Shown piece after piece: positions 45,489-56,851 of a stretch of DNA of 64,000 bases. Position 1 is the stretch's first letter, and each line of letters opens with the position of its first letter. The notes beneath the pieces were generated by a model. It worked only from the letters and a program-made list of their open reading frames with translations. It made no database searches and had not been told where the DNA came from. Where the stretch lies: positions 1-64,000 of the forward strand of contig JAADVB010000089.1 in the NCBI GenBank assembly GCA_023334545.1, in the 5' to 3' direction. This DNA is from Salisapilia sapeloensis CBS 127946. Taxonomy: Eukaryota; Protista; Oomycota. Made by a program: the position numbers and the translations under genes.

Positions 45489-45986
45489 GAACGGGTCGAC
45501 AGGGTGTTTTCGAACGAGAGACAACAAGCATTGGATTTTTACTTTCACTTTCTTTGGACTTTGTTAGAACTATCTTGATACTAGTTCTTAGTGGGACTGT
45601 TGGAAGTAGGATACTTGTCATGGACTAGACGATGCTAATGTTCTGATGTTGATGGGATGGTTGCAGATAGTGGTAAGACATAACCGAAGAGGAATATGAG
45701 ATGGTGATACCAAGGTAGAAATTTTGACATGCATGAAACGTACAAGTGCTCATAGGTAAAAATTATAGTGTGGAGTTGGATGCCGAGTACGTTGGATGGT
45801 TATATATGCTTAAGAGTGCTAGTAAATGATATACATATCGGATACCTTCTCGCGCGGATGCATGATGGATACACTATTCCTCTCTCATCTATGCAATACT
45901 CTTGGAAACCATTCTTTCATTGTATCTAATTGACCTTGTAGGCTGATCAAATAGCTTTATGTTGGTGAAGTACACTGTAAGCAAGT

Positions 45987-46492
45987 ATGTCAGTCGTCTC
46001 CATTGTATTAGGAGCTATCCTATCCTTGTTTCTTGCCAACTTTGAGATGATACCAAGTTCCTAATTAGTTTTATGAATGACTTCTACAGTTGATCATGTC
46101 TTCTTCGTGAAAGGTAGGGCGAATGAATACGATTAAGAAGAATGCATTGCTCTAAATTAGACTAAAATAAGGTTGTGATCAAACTGCCATTGACAGCATA
46201 TGCGATCACTTCTTACTACAGATATGCAGAGTTGATTCGACAGCAACAACAACACTCTAGATAATGCTGCCAGTCTACCTTTGTTCTTGTCTCCTTACCA
46301 CTTCTTCTGTAAGGAAGGTATGTTCAACTCGTACGGAAGAAATTCTCGTTTGTTATCGTGGTGTCCTTAACGCAAGCAATCATCAGGGCAGCTACAAGGT
46401 AAGCATGTCCGAAGACAGATCATATCCCCCATTTCCAAACCTATAGTCAAGGCAATACCTCAGATGTCATCACAATCAAACCTCTAGCATAA
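45987..46492 (+). CDS. Possible small multi-exon gene (5' structure unresolved)
   Basis: Strong introns 46318-46376 (GTATGT..CTTAACGCAAG) and 46399-46446 (GTAAGC..CTATAG) flank a 22-nt exon, giving an open frame DNAASLPLFLSPYHFFCKEAIIRAATSQG..KPLA* (stop 46490-46492). Upstream exons are ambiguous. Confidence 0.3.
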
Positions 46493-46571
46493 ATGGACCC
46501 AAACGCAAGCACGGATAAAGGCAAATAAGAATATCCTTCATTTCGTTTATGTAAGCCTACTTGTCTTCTAA

Positions 46572-48155
46572 CTATGGACTGGCCACGTATCGCTTGCCCA
46601 TCCCCATACACACCGCGACCGTCGTCACGCCACTTAGCACCAAGAAGACCAGTGCAATGACAGTTAACACTGTCATCCAGACCTTTCCTCCTTTCACACG
46701 TCGCCACGGATACAACTTGGCAAAGAAGACGACTGGAAAGACAAAGACGATGAGCATATAGCTTCCAGCTCCCGTAAGTGCAAACACAGTCTCGAGTCCA
46801 GGCACCCATATCGCCGTCAGGATCTGAGACAGCAGCAAGACACAAGTCGCAGCTAAGCGAGTTGGCTTCGTGGCTTCTAAGACTCGTGCTGGGAATCCAA
46901 GGGCCAAGAGCTCTTCAATAAGTCGACGCAAAGGATGGAAGAGGAGAGGGTAGGATAGGATCACCGTGAGGAAGAGGACGACGACAGGGATCGCCATCAC
47001 GTCATCTCCCTCTAGATTCAGCAGAATGTTACCACGGACATTATCTCCATAGACATTTAATGCCGAGAGGCCAAAGACAGCGTATAACAGCACCGCGACG
47101 GTGGTTCCGATCGCCAAGAGTCGATTCATTTTCACATGCGAACGCTCAATTGGCTCGGCAAAGCTGCCTCGTAGCTGCAGGAAGAGAGGAATGAAGTTGA
47201 GATGAAGCATGAACGCATACGTGATGAGTGCTGCCACCTCCCCAAAGCGAGACAGCCATGATCCAGTATATTCTACGTCTAATGGTGGCTCTGGAGCTGT
47301 CGTAGGATCATTCATAGGTGTAGGAACAGCGTGAGAGGTCGAGAGAGCGCGATAGAAGAGAGCAAGGACGAGAGTGATGGAGAGGAGGAAGCCAATGTAC
47401 GTGGAAATACGAAGTCCGGAGAGAGATTTAAAAAGACAGAGCGGAAGGACAATAGCGGCAAAGGAGATCCAGAGGACATATGTCGCGACATCCTTGGCTT
47501 GATCCGAGATACCGTCCTCGGTCGAATAAAAAACGTTAAAAAGCAGAGAGACGAGGAACGGAGACACGTCTCGGGCGATACGGACGCAAGCGACGCAACC
47601 GCCATAGACACCAGCAGTCGTGACGACAGCAACGACGGACCCTAGAGCCGGTCCACCTGCCGCGATGGCTACGGACTGCATCGAACTTACTTTTTTACCT
47701 GCACCAATATGCAGCACCGACTCTTCCTCTTTCGCTAGTTGCACGTGAGTATGTAGCAACGCATGGGCTGTGATTGTAGCACTCCCAGCAACAAAGATCA
47801 GCGTTAAGATCGCTTGAAGTGGAGTGACGAGGACGAATATGTATGGAATGGATAGTAGACCAACACCCACGGCGGACATGAGTAGCGTGAAGAGGACGTG
47901 AACTTGTCGCCAGTCATCGTATGGCGAATACTGGAACGACAGACGATGAGGTCTAGGAGACGGAACAGGAGAAGACGTAAAGACCATTGGGATGCCCGTA
48001 TCAAATGGCGATCGAACGCCTTGACGATGTCCACTAGAGCAGTGCGCCGAGTTAGCATCACTCGCTCCTGCTGAAGATACTTTGGAGCTGAGAGACTCAA
48101 AGGAGCCTCGATGACTACTTAGTAGAGGCTGAGACTCTTCGGACGTCCGAGGCAT
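46572..48155 (-). CDS. AAAP/SLC38-like amino-acid transporter (paralogue of 32025-33677)
   Basis: TLLMSAVGVGLLSIPY, VLPLCLFKSLSGLR, YAFMLHLNF, YGDNVRGNILLN, SYPLLFHP. Confidence 0.92.
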   Translation of the reverse strand: MPRTSEESQPLLSSHRGSFESLSSKVSSAGASDANSAHCSSGHRQGVRSPFDTGIPMVFTSSPVPSPRPHRLSFQYSPYDDWRQVHVLFTLLMSAVGVGLLSIPYIFVLVTPLQAILTLIFVAGSATITAHALLHTHVQLAKEEESVLHIGAGKKVSSMQSVAIAAGGPALGSVVAVVTTAGVYGGCVACVRIARDVSPFLVSLLFNVFYSTEDGISDQAKDVATYVLWISFAAIVLPLCLFKSLSGLRISTYIGFLLSITLVLALFYRALSTSHAVPTPMNDPTTAPEPPLDVEYTGSWLSRFGEVAALITYAFMLHLNFIPLFLQLRGSFAEPIERSHVKMNRLLAIGTTVAVLLYAVFGLSALNVYGDNVRGNILLNLEGDDVMAIPVVVLFLTVILSYPLLFHPLRRLIEELLALGFPARVLEATKPTRLAATCVLLLSQILTAIWVPGLETVFALTGAGSYMLIVFVFPVVFFAKLYPWRRVKGGKVWMTVLTVIALVFLVLSGVTTVAVCMGMGKRYVASP

Positions 48156-48499
48156 GGTGGAAGTAGAGATGGAAGTAGGCTCGATCCTTCCGGTCGGATT
48201 ATGATGTCGAACGAATTTTTCTGTTAGTCGGCAGAATTACAGACGATTTAGCTAAAGCGTATCTTTTTCGATGATATGATTCGAACGAAATAAGAAACAG
48301 GGCTTTGGTTGAAGTTGATGTGAAGTGCTGATGGGAGGCAAGTAGATACCTTCGGAGTATGCTTTTGAATGTCCTTGTTGCCAAGATTGATGTCATGGAC
48401 ATGGGATAAAATCGGAAGATAGTGTAGATAATGTTTATGAAAAATATTCGATGGGGAAAAGATTTTCCGTGGAATATCTTGAACGGTTGCATACCTAAA

Positions 48500-50590
48500 A
48501 TGGCTTCACGAAGCGAGTCCCGAAGACGAGAGCAGGCAGCGCCATCTCGACCTGTCAAGCATCTCGGGGAGGTTGAAGATGATGATGAAGACGTTCAACT
48601 CTCTTCCTCTTCGTCACTTGCATCTTCTCAGTCGTTTAACGAAACACCGAATCAGGCATCTGAACGTGCACAGCAGGATCGAAGTAAGGCACATGAGGTA
48701 TCAAAAGAAGATCGGCAGCAAGTAGAGCAATCTGCAATCTCCTCCATCGTCTCATCCCGTAGTTCCAAGCAACCTGAACGGAGTAAAAAGTCTCGTGCAA
48801 GTAAGAAATGGTATGCTGATAGTGATTCGGACGAAGCGCTCGAGGCCATCACCGCCTCTCGATCTCTTCGACAGCGAAAGTCATCACGTAAACCATCTAT
48901 CTCTTCTCAAAAGCAGTCTCCACAGAGCGTACAAAGTGATTCCTTAAGCTCGGAGTCGAGATCACCGACGCCCAAGGCCAAAGTAGGTAAAATAGAAACG
49001 TCCATCGCCACGACCGGCGCTAGGAAGCAAGATAAAGTTGCAACTCCTCTCCAACGCGTCTTTGCGAAGACTCGTGTCCTATCTCCATTTAACTCTAAAT
49101 TCGCTCGAGATAAGAAATCTCCTGCAAATGTACCGAACATCGGTACACCTCGATCTCTTCCTTCTAATACGAATGACACACCTGCCGTACGTCCATCTCT
49201 CGTAACAGAGCGAAAGTCTCCTGCACTAACTCCTATCAACCGCCGTGTGGAGACACTCAAGCAATATCCGGATCCACTCGATCGAAATGCTGGTGGCTTC
49301 ACACCACCACGTGCTCGTGATATGAGTAAAAGCCCAGCAGGCGCAACACCTATCGGTACTCCCATGTCCAATCGACGGTACAGTCAAGATGTCGTTAGTC
49401 CCTCGGCTCATCGAGGTCGGACGACTGGTGCTAAGGTCGGAGAGGACGGCAGTGGAGTCCTACTGGAAGGATGGCTTCGACAGAAACAACGTCGAGGCGT
49501 CAAAGGGTTCAAGAAATGGAACTCGAGATACTTTGTCCTGTACGCAGCGACGAGTGAGATCCGGTACTACACCGACGTCGTCCAGTCGGCATGGGGTCCC
49601 ATTCCCTTAGGTGAGATCGGTTCCATCTCGCTGCGACTCATCCAGCGCATCGGGAAGCCTGGACATCCAAAATACAAAGGCTGTAGGTTTGACATCACCT
49701 GCCGTAATGCCTGGGGTACGCACTATGCCGAAGACTATGTATCGTCCGAAGAAGATGAGACACCAAAGGAAGGTGGGAAGAAGACGACACCAAAGACAAG
49801 AGTCTTTAGTCTCATGGCAGACAGCGCACAGACGTGTGTGACGTGGGTGAACACATTAGATTCTAGGTTAGTAAGAAGTGCTAGTAGTCCTCAAGTAGAG
49901 GTGAAAGAAAAGGATAAAAAAGTAATGACGGACCGAGTGGTCTGTCGACCGGGGGAGAGTGTCCCGAAACCTGTTGTTTGGTGCTTAAAGTACATTGATC
50001 AGGTGACGCCAGGTATCGAGACACCATCCTTCTATGAGCAAGAACCTCCTAAAGACCAGCTACAGGTATGTACACTGCATGTATCTATGCTATTGGAAAG
50101 CTTACGAGTAGCTTAGGCTGTGCTCGGGTACTTGAACGAGATATCGAAGGATAGTCCAGAGCCTACTGAAGACGAGATGGAACAAGTAGGAATGGACACG
50201 ATCATAGCTGGAGCCGTCGTCAAGACGTGGCTCAGACAGCTCGAGTCGCCGTTGATCCCCTTTCCGATGTATCAAGACTTTTCTCACTTGGCCAAGACGA
50301 CGCCACAACGCCAATTCGAGTCCAAACGAGAGCTCAAGGCACTCCTGCAAGCTCTACCGCAACGCAACTTGATCATGCTGGCAAGACTCCTCTTCCATCT
50401 AAACGATGTTCAGATGTATGCTTCGAAAAACAAACTCCCGGCAGATGTACTTGCGTCTCACTTTACCAACTATATCCTTCGTCCACAAGAACCAGGAGGA
50501 CATGAAGAAGCAGTGGAGAAGATGGTGGCAGAGATGATATTGCATGCTGATACGCTGATTGATATAAGCGAGGAAGAGCTAAGTAGTTGA
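48500..50590 (+). CDS. PH domain + RhoGAP-like domain protein (2 exons, ~679 aa)
   Basis: PH: LLEGWLRQKQ..KKWNSRYFVLY..FSLMADS..WVNTL. RhoGAP-like: PKPVVWCLKYI, VVKTWLRQLESPLIPF, LPQRN..L..LLFHL. Intron 50066-50116. Confidence 0.85.
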
Positions 50591-50617
50591 AATGCATCTT
50601 TGAGAAAAATCGTTTGT

Positions 50618-50980
50618 CTATGCTGTATTGCTTTCTTGCATCGGCTGCACGTGCATCGAGACGAGATGCTTCCCTGGTACGAGTGTCATGCCCAAGTTTC
50701 GACTGGACATTTCGCTACTATCATCATCCAACACCTTTGGTGTGAACTCACGTGCTTCTGTTAAGATGACATTGCGCTGCTTGTCGAAACAATGGAATCG
50801 GCCGAGGATCCGGCGACCGTCCGCGATCTCCATGCGCACCATTCGACCTAGAAGTGCCATTGCTATGCGCGTTGCCTCACCGATCTTTGGTTGTGAGTCT
50901 TCGGACTGATAGGATAAAGAATTATCCGCCTGTAGCTGGGCTACAGCCTCTCCATTGTGCGATATGACGCCGTTCATCAT
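50618..50980 (-). CDS. NAA38: LSM-domain protein, NatC auxiliary subunit NAA38/Mak31-like
   Basis: Sm1 LLGRMVRMEIADGRRILGRFHCFDKQRNVILTEAREF; Sm2 RNLGMTLVPGKHLVSM. Confidence 0.7.
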   Translation of the reverse strand: MMNGVISHNGEAVAQLQADNSLSYQSEDSQPKIGEATRIAMALLGRMVRMEIADGRRILGRFHCFDKQRNVILTEAREFTPKVLDDDSSEMSSRNLGMTLVPGKHLVSMHVQPMQESNTA

Positions 50981-51213
50981 GCTACGTGACTTGTGTCCGA
51001 ATTTCGTGTCAGGTGGTATTATATAACATTATAAATAGATTCAGTACATAATAACTTTATGAACATGTTATAAGTAAAATAATAGCAGTGTAAAATAGGT
51101 AATTACTCGTCAATTAATTGGTTGACTACGTATGGTAGACCTTTGAAAAGAGAAAAGAAAGAAAAACTTTGACCAACTTTTGGACCACAAAAGAGATCAA
51201 GACCGAGAACAAA

Positions 51214-51600
51214 ATGTCATCGTGGTTCGGATTCGGAGGCAGCAAGCAGCCAGAGGAGCCTGCAACTAACTATGACGAGCCGATGTATGACTACGAGTCT
51301 ACTTCCACTGGCTTTGGTGCAGCCGCAGGTGGCTCTCCTCCGAGCTTGGGCAATGCCAGCGCCGGAATGCCCAGTGGTTCCCAAGAGGTGCAGCAAATGC
51401 TGATGGAAGAGCAGCAGCGCGCATTGATCCAACAGGCCATTGCCAAGATCACGAACATTGCCTGGGACAAGTGCAGTGCGACCAAGCCGGACCAGTCTCT
51501 CTCGAGCAAAGAGTCGGAATGCATTCGAAACGTCACGGCGGCATACCTCGACACGAGTGTCTTCGTCATGCGTCGTCTCAACAAGCCTGGCAGCGCGTAG
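51214..51600 (+). CDS. TIM8: Small Tim chaperone, Tim8-like (128 aa)
   Basis: QQAIAKITNIAWDKC..KP..LSSKESECIRNV..YLDTSVFVMRRL matches the Tim8/DDP pattern. Start placed at ATG 51214. Confidence 0.8.
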   Translation: MSSWFGFGGSKQPEEPATNYDEPMYDYESTSTGFGAAAGGSPPSLGNASAGMPSGSQEVQQMLMEEQQRALIQQAIAKITNIAWDKCSATKPDQSLSSKESECIRNVTAAYLDTSVFVMRRLNKPGSA

Positions 51601-51649
51601 GCATCGAGATATAAAAAGAGAAACAGATAAAATCTTGCAACACTGCATT

Positions 51650-52242
51650 TTATACTACACTTTTACTAGTATAGACAAGCAGGTCGACATTATTGTACGG
51701 ACCTGACTCATGCTTTGCGACCGGCGTGACATTGTCTAGCCCCCATGTATTGCAAATCACTCGAAGTTTCGGGCTTTTGCGTAGTAAGTCGACCAGTTTG
51801 GGTGTCAATTGAGATAACGCCTCTGGAAGTAGGTACGTAACGATGACGGTAGCGTCGGAAAAGTCTCCTTCCATCAGATCAGCTTCCTCGACAGACACGA
51901 GATGCTCGAGCTTATGCTTAGCAACGGACGCGTGGAACGCTGCAATCAGATCTGGTTCAATCTCAATACCGCGGGCTCTTGCACCATACTTTAGCGCTGC
52001 TTCAATGCAAATACGTCCGTCACCACAGCCAAGATCGATGATTGTCTACTTATGATGCATTTGTCATTTTCGGTGGTGGACAAGAAGTTTCGAGTACGTA
52101 CGTCTTCAGGCGTCAATTGTGCAATCTCTACGACCTTCTGGACAACGTCATAATCGCTTTGGCATGGAGGAGCAAGAGAGTCGCCCTCTAGCCACATCCC
52201 ATCAAGTGGATTGCCTTCATCTTCGCTGGAAGACCCGGGCAT
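51650..52242 (-). CDS. Class I SAM-dependent methyltransferase (FAM173/DOT1-like small MTase), 2 exons, 178 aa
   Basis: Intron 52101-52046 joins AQLTPED to TIIDLGCGDGRI; GIEIEP, EADL, VIVTYLLP. Confidence 0.85.
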
Positions 52243-52602
52243 GCTCGATCAATGGGCTGTAGCCACTTTTTGTCCAATAGCGTTTGTTGTGAAAGACATA
52301 CGTAAAGGTAGTTTATTGTTGGATCGTCAAGAGACACAAACACTTCAACGTACATCTACCGAGTCAAGTAGCTCAGATGATGTGAAAGGCCTACAATAGT
52401 GATGGCATCCCACTTTTTTACGAAGTAGAAGCTACAAGATGATGTAGCAATTTCATCTAAAATGAGGCTAAAGTAGTTTGTGATCTTATTAGTTATACGG
52501 TTGGTCGTATGCGTACGAAGTGGTCATTAAAACTGACTATCGTATGAAGTCACTGTTCCTAGCACACACGAAAGCTTATGAAAGCTCTAGTTTAATGTCT
52601 CA

Positions 52603-54000
52603 ATGCAACCAAATGTTTTGGTTTTCTCAATCAAGGTCATTGGATTTCAATTTGCATGTAGTCTCTTAAATGAGCTGTTCGACTCAAAATGCAGAAAAGA
52701 CATTGCAAAAGCCTCACCAGCTACTATTGTATTTGCTCTCCTTTGTATCATAGCTGTCTTGCAATTGTACAGGAAGTCTTCTGCTCTAGCGATGAAAAGG
52801 TTGGGCATAGAGTACTCGGGTGTCTACTCGACTTGCCACTTCATGGGAAAAGACAGTCAAGCGCTCGTCAATCCGAATCCCACACTCGAGACGTCTATTG
52901 CAGTGGATGCTGTGAGCTCGCCGTTTTCTATATCTCTAAGCAGTGAGCACAACATATCTCCGCCATCATCCAATGTTTCCGAATGCATGAGTGAACTCTT
53001 GCTAAGAGACACTTCGGTTGATCACAACCTCAGTTTTCTCGTAGCTGATCAAGAGACTCATCCGATTGAAAGAGACTACTACGCCGAAAGAACTGAGTGT
53101 CCAACACAACCTCACTTCATTTCTTCAGACGAAAACCTCATTCCTCCACTTTCAATTGGTCAAGCATACAGAAGCGACTACTACCAGGAATACTCTACGA
53201 TCGATACATCCAATCTAATGCCAATTCCATTTGAAGATGATCCAGAGGACCACACCACGCCTGTGCAGCAGCTGGAGGATAAGACCATCTTGCGTTACTT
53301 TCTCTTCACTCCACCTTCCGACGATGTCGATATCAAAGTCGAACGCACCGATGAGCACCCGATTGAATACTCCTTCTCCTATCCGATGCCTACTCCCTTG
53401 GATCAAGCCCTCGAACATGCGGATACTTATGAAAGCAAAGTGAAACGAGACATTGAGCCCTTTCAAGCTATGAAGGCTATGATACCTCCATTCGTCCCAG
53501 GCTATGGAAACCGATACTACCGCTCCAACAATGTCATTTCGCCCATGATCATCAACAGATCAGCCACTCTGCCAGTACCCATCGCAAAGAGCGAGCGCAC
53601 AATAAAATCGTCCAAGCTGTGCAATGCACCAGGCTGTACAAAGCGAGCTCAGACTGGAGGTCTATGCATTCGACACGGAGGAGGTAGAAGATGTAAGATC
53701 GAAGGGTGTCCAAAAGGAGCGCAAGCGACTGGCCGATGCAAACGTCATGGAGGTGGTGCTCGATGCACTCATCCAGGATGCACCAAAAGCAGTCAAGGCT
53801 CTGGATTCTGTCGTCCGCACGGTGGAGGCAAACGATGCAAGTACTTAGGCTGCAACAAAGGACAGCAGAAAGGTGGTTACTGTAGTCGACATGGTGGACA
53901 TCGCACATGTCAAGTGCGTGGATGTAACCTCAGTGATCGTGGCGGTGGCTACTGTTCACATCACAAGAGCCCGAGGTACTATTGGCAGAGTATGGAATAG
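52603..54000 (+). CDS. Protein with five C-terminal C-x4-C-x9-C-x2-H GGG zinc-finger repeats (WRKY19-like repeats)
   Basis: CNAPGCTKRAQTGGLCIRHGGGRRC.. repeated five times. The true start may be downstream (e.g. ATG 52843). Confidence 0.85.
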   Translation: MQPNVLVFSIKVIGFQFACSLLNELFDSKCRKDIAKASPATIVFALLCIIAVLQLYRKSSALAMKRLGIEYSGVYSTCHFMGKDSQALVNPNPTLETSIAVDAVSSPFSISLSSEHNISPPSSNVSECMSELLLRDTSVDHNLSFLVADQETHPIERDYYAERTECPTQPHFISSDENLIPPLSIGQAYRSDYYQEYSTIDTSNLMPIPFEDDPEDHTTPVQQLEDKTILRYFLFTPPSDDVDIKVERTDEHPIEYSFSYPMPTPLDQALEHADTYESKVKRDIEPFQAMKAMIPPFVPGYGNRYYRSNNVISPMIINRSATLPVPIAKSERTIKSSKLCNAPGCTKRAQTGGLCIRHGGGRRCKIEGCPKGAQATGRCKRHGGGARCTHPGCTKSSQGSGFCRPHGGGKRCKYLGCNKGQQKGGYCSRHGGHRTCQVRGCNLSDRGGGYCSHHKSPRYYWQSME

Positions 54001-54150
54001 AACGAACGGATGTAGGACGCAATATGCGTATATAATGAGGATACTAGAAAGGATAGCAAGTAGCAAGAACCTCATATAATTGCTTATGGATGTTAAGTCT
54101 CATGTTCACTACACTTGATAACTAGTAGCGTTAATCATGGTTCGCAATGC

Positions 54151-56749
54151 CTATGTTTCGTCGCATTTGCGGTCTATTTCTCTTGATGACGCGAGAATGT
54201 CTTGCATACTCGAAGTAGCTTCCTTCAATAGCTGCTCGAATTCGTGTTCTATATCAGAGGCCCCACGTGTGTCCTCTTGGGAACTAGTAGATGTATGGGA
54301 TACCTTGGCTACCTCTTCATTCCATGACGTATGGCTACTGCGTGGTGCAAGGTAATACCCCTCTGGTTCCACTGGTAAGATCCTGGACTCTGCTTTGGCA
54401 AAGAGCATAGAGCACAGCTCTTTCAACATCTCTTCCAGCACAACAAAGGCACTGAATAGCGCGACTTCTTCCTCATCTTCCTCCACTTGCTCATCCACTA
54501 GAAGCTGACTTCGAACGCGTATCAGACGTTCCTCCCACCCTTCTAGCATCTGCATCTGTTCCCACGCAACAGCATACACCTCCTCCAGAATAGACCGAAC
54601 GCTCTGTCCTTCCTCTTTCTCTTCATATATATCAAACACAAGATCACCACACTCTTCTCTACTAGCTAAAGACGCCACGAGACCAGAGAGAGCAATGTTC
54701 TCCTCGACTGTGTTGGATAAAAAGTCCGCAAGACGATGAAAGACAAGCTCTAAGAAGACTTTGGAGTACCCTTCATCCTCCGTAGTAGACAGAAAGTCAC
54801 CATTGTTGATGATAGCAGGTGAGAAGGAAGGGATACCCATACTCAAGTTCAAGTCCTTCAACGTCTTTGAAGGAAGTGAGCGATTCGTTGGACTCATGAT
54901 GATCTGCATCATCTCTTCATCCTTCTTGTTCATCATTAACTTTTCTCTCGAAGAAGTTGAGAAAGCATCGTACTCGTCTTTATCATCATCCAAATACCAA
55001 TCCTCCCAACTGTTCTCATATGTCACTTCACTATCTTGTGGCAAACTTCTGCAAGCTGCATATTCTGCATCCGCAATATACGATAACAAGGACATGACTT
55101 GCTGTTCTCCATCTTGTGCGACGGGAATCTCGACATCTTCCATGTCTTGATCGAACCCACGCAGCTTCCACAAGTGTGCATTTGAGGCAATGGAAGAGTT
55201 TGGAAATCTAGATGCAAACCACATCGCATGATTTTTATGCGAAATCGATGCATCAGTACTACTAAAGCTATGCGTTTCTGTAGTCTTGGAACCAAGTAGC
55301 AAGGCATCGACTTTTGGATCGTTGAGCTCGAGAAGATGAGTGTACAGATCCATCGCAGCGATACTTTGCATCGTATTCTCTGATGTTATGCGACGACACA
55401 ATGTCATTGGCAGCGTTTTCTCACGGTTTGCGTCTTCATGAAGGAGAAACTGAAGGTAGATGCAAAGTAGAGGATTCGATGATGTGCTTGTGGAACATGA
55501 TGATAGCTCTTCGAGCATCCGGTCAGCATACATCATCGCAGTTGTATTCAATTCGTCATTTGAGTGCAAGAGGATGGGAGCGACTACTGGCCATAGAAAT
55601 CGATCTTGGAATTGGACAAGTAGTTCTTCTGCTATCGACATTCCACCTCCTTCCTCATCTTCTAGCGTGAGCTGATACCTTGCGACCATGCACAAGGTAC
55701 AGCAAAAGCGTAGACGAACAGCTACAACTTGCATGTCATGAGCAATTGTTCGAGATTCCATCCTCGGTGCTACGGAGGGAGGTATGGAGGAGGAGAATAG
55801 TGATGGTGGCAACGTCTCAAAGGTTGATATGATCCCATCCAGGACATAGTGACAGAATGGAGTCAGTTGCAGGATGAATCGACAGAGAGATGGCTCTTGA
55901 ATCGAAGCAGCTATAGCCAAAGCTTCTCGACATTTCTCACCAATACTTCCTAATGCATACATATGTGGTAATAAAGCAGTGAAGAGCACGAGTTCAGGTA
56001 TTTCTCCATCCGAATTGGATCTAGGAGATACAGCCGGTTGAACGAGCGTTTCTCCATGTCGAAAGAAGAACTCGGTCTGAGCTGGATCCGACTGGAGTTT
56101 CTTCCAAAGGACGTTAAGTAGATGCACAAGGTGTTTTCGAACGATCGGATCCTCCACTTCTTTATGTGTGGCAGCATGAAGTAGATTGACGATCGAAAGA
56201 TGTACTTCACGCGCTGGTAAGATCGGGTAGGAGATCCTATTGATCATGTATCAATACGAGTTATATGATGGATATACAAAGTGCATACCGACTGAATAGA
56301 CAACCAGCAAATTGTAGAATTAGAGGCATAATATCCTTTGGATGATCTCGCTTTCCAGCGTCACACAGCATTGGGAGAATCTTTTCTTCTAATAAAAACT
56401 CGAGACACTCCCGAACGTGATGTTCCTGTCCTTGCTGTTTCAACTCGATCTTCTCACACACTGCTTCTTCAGCATGCAATAGCATGACTAGCTTCTGCAA
56501 CTCTTCCTGGATACTATAATGAAGTAATAACCTCCTTTGCTCATGCTCGTCGTAGCATCCATTGACCACCTCTAGTAGAAACCGAGCAATGATATCCCAT
56601 CGATGTTCAAACTCCTCCAAACGAGAGTTGAATACAGGTGGAGCTATGATACCTACAGCTTGTACAAGTGCATCTGATGCACGCACAGCAGCCTCCTTCA
56701 CTCGATCCGTGAACCAGCTCATATCGACTGACGCCCATTGAGGATTCAT
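54151..56749 (-). CDS. FHIP: FHF complex subunit FHIP/FAM160 (RAI16-like), 2 exons, ~848 aa
   Basis: CLEFLLEEKILPMLCDAG, intron 56288-56237, LKVLWKKLQSDPAQTEFFF-like segment, LFTALLPHMY..G..CREAL, FL.N..EEN..L.G, F..FVVLEEMLKELCS. Confidence 0.8.
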
Positions 56750-56851
56750 GCTGCATGTCGTGCGAAAGTTGATACAATGTCGCTTCGAGAGAGCATACGA
56801 TTCGCAAGATAAAAACAGGAACAGGGAGCGGAGGGCCAAGCGTTTGGAGGT

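Noticed and set aside
53600-53970. Regularly spaced repeats suggesting a CRISPR-like or satellite array
   Set aside because: They are protein-level zinc-finger repeats with synonymous divergence inside an ORF.
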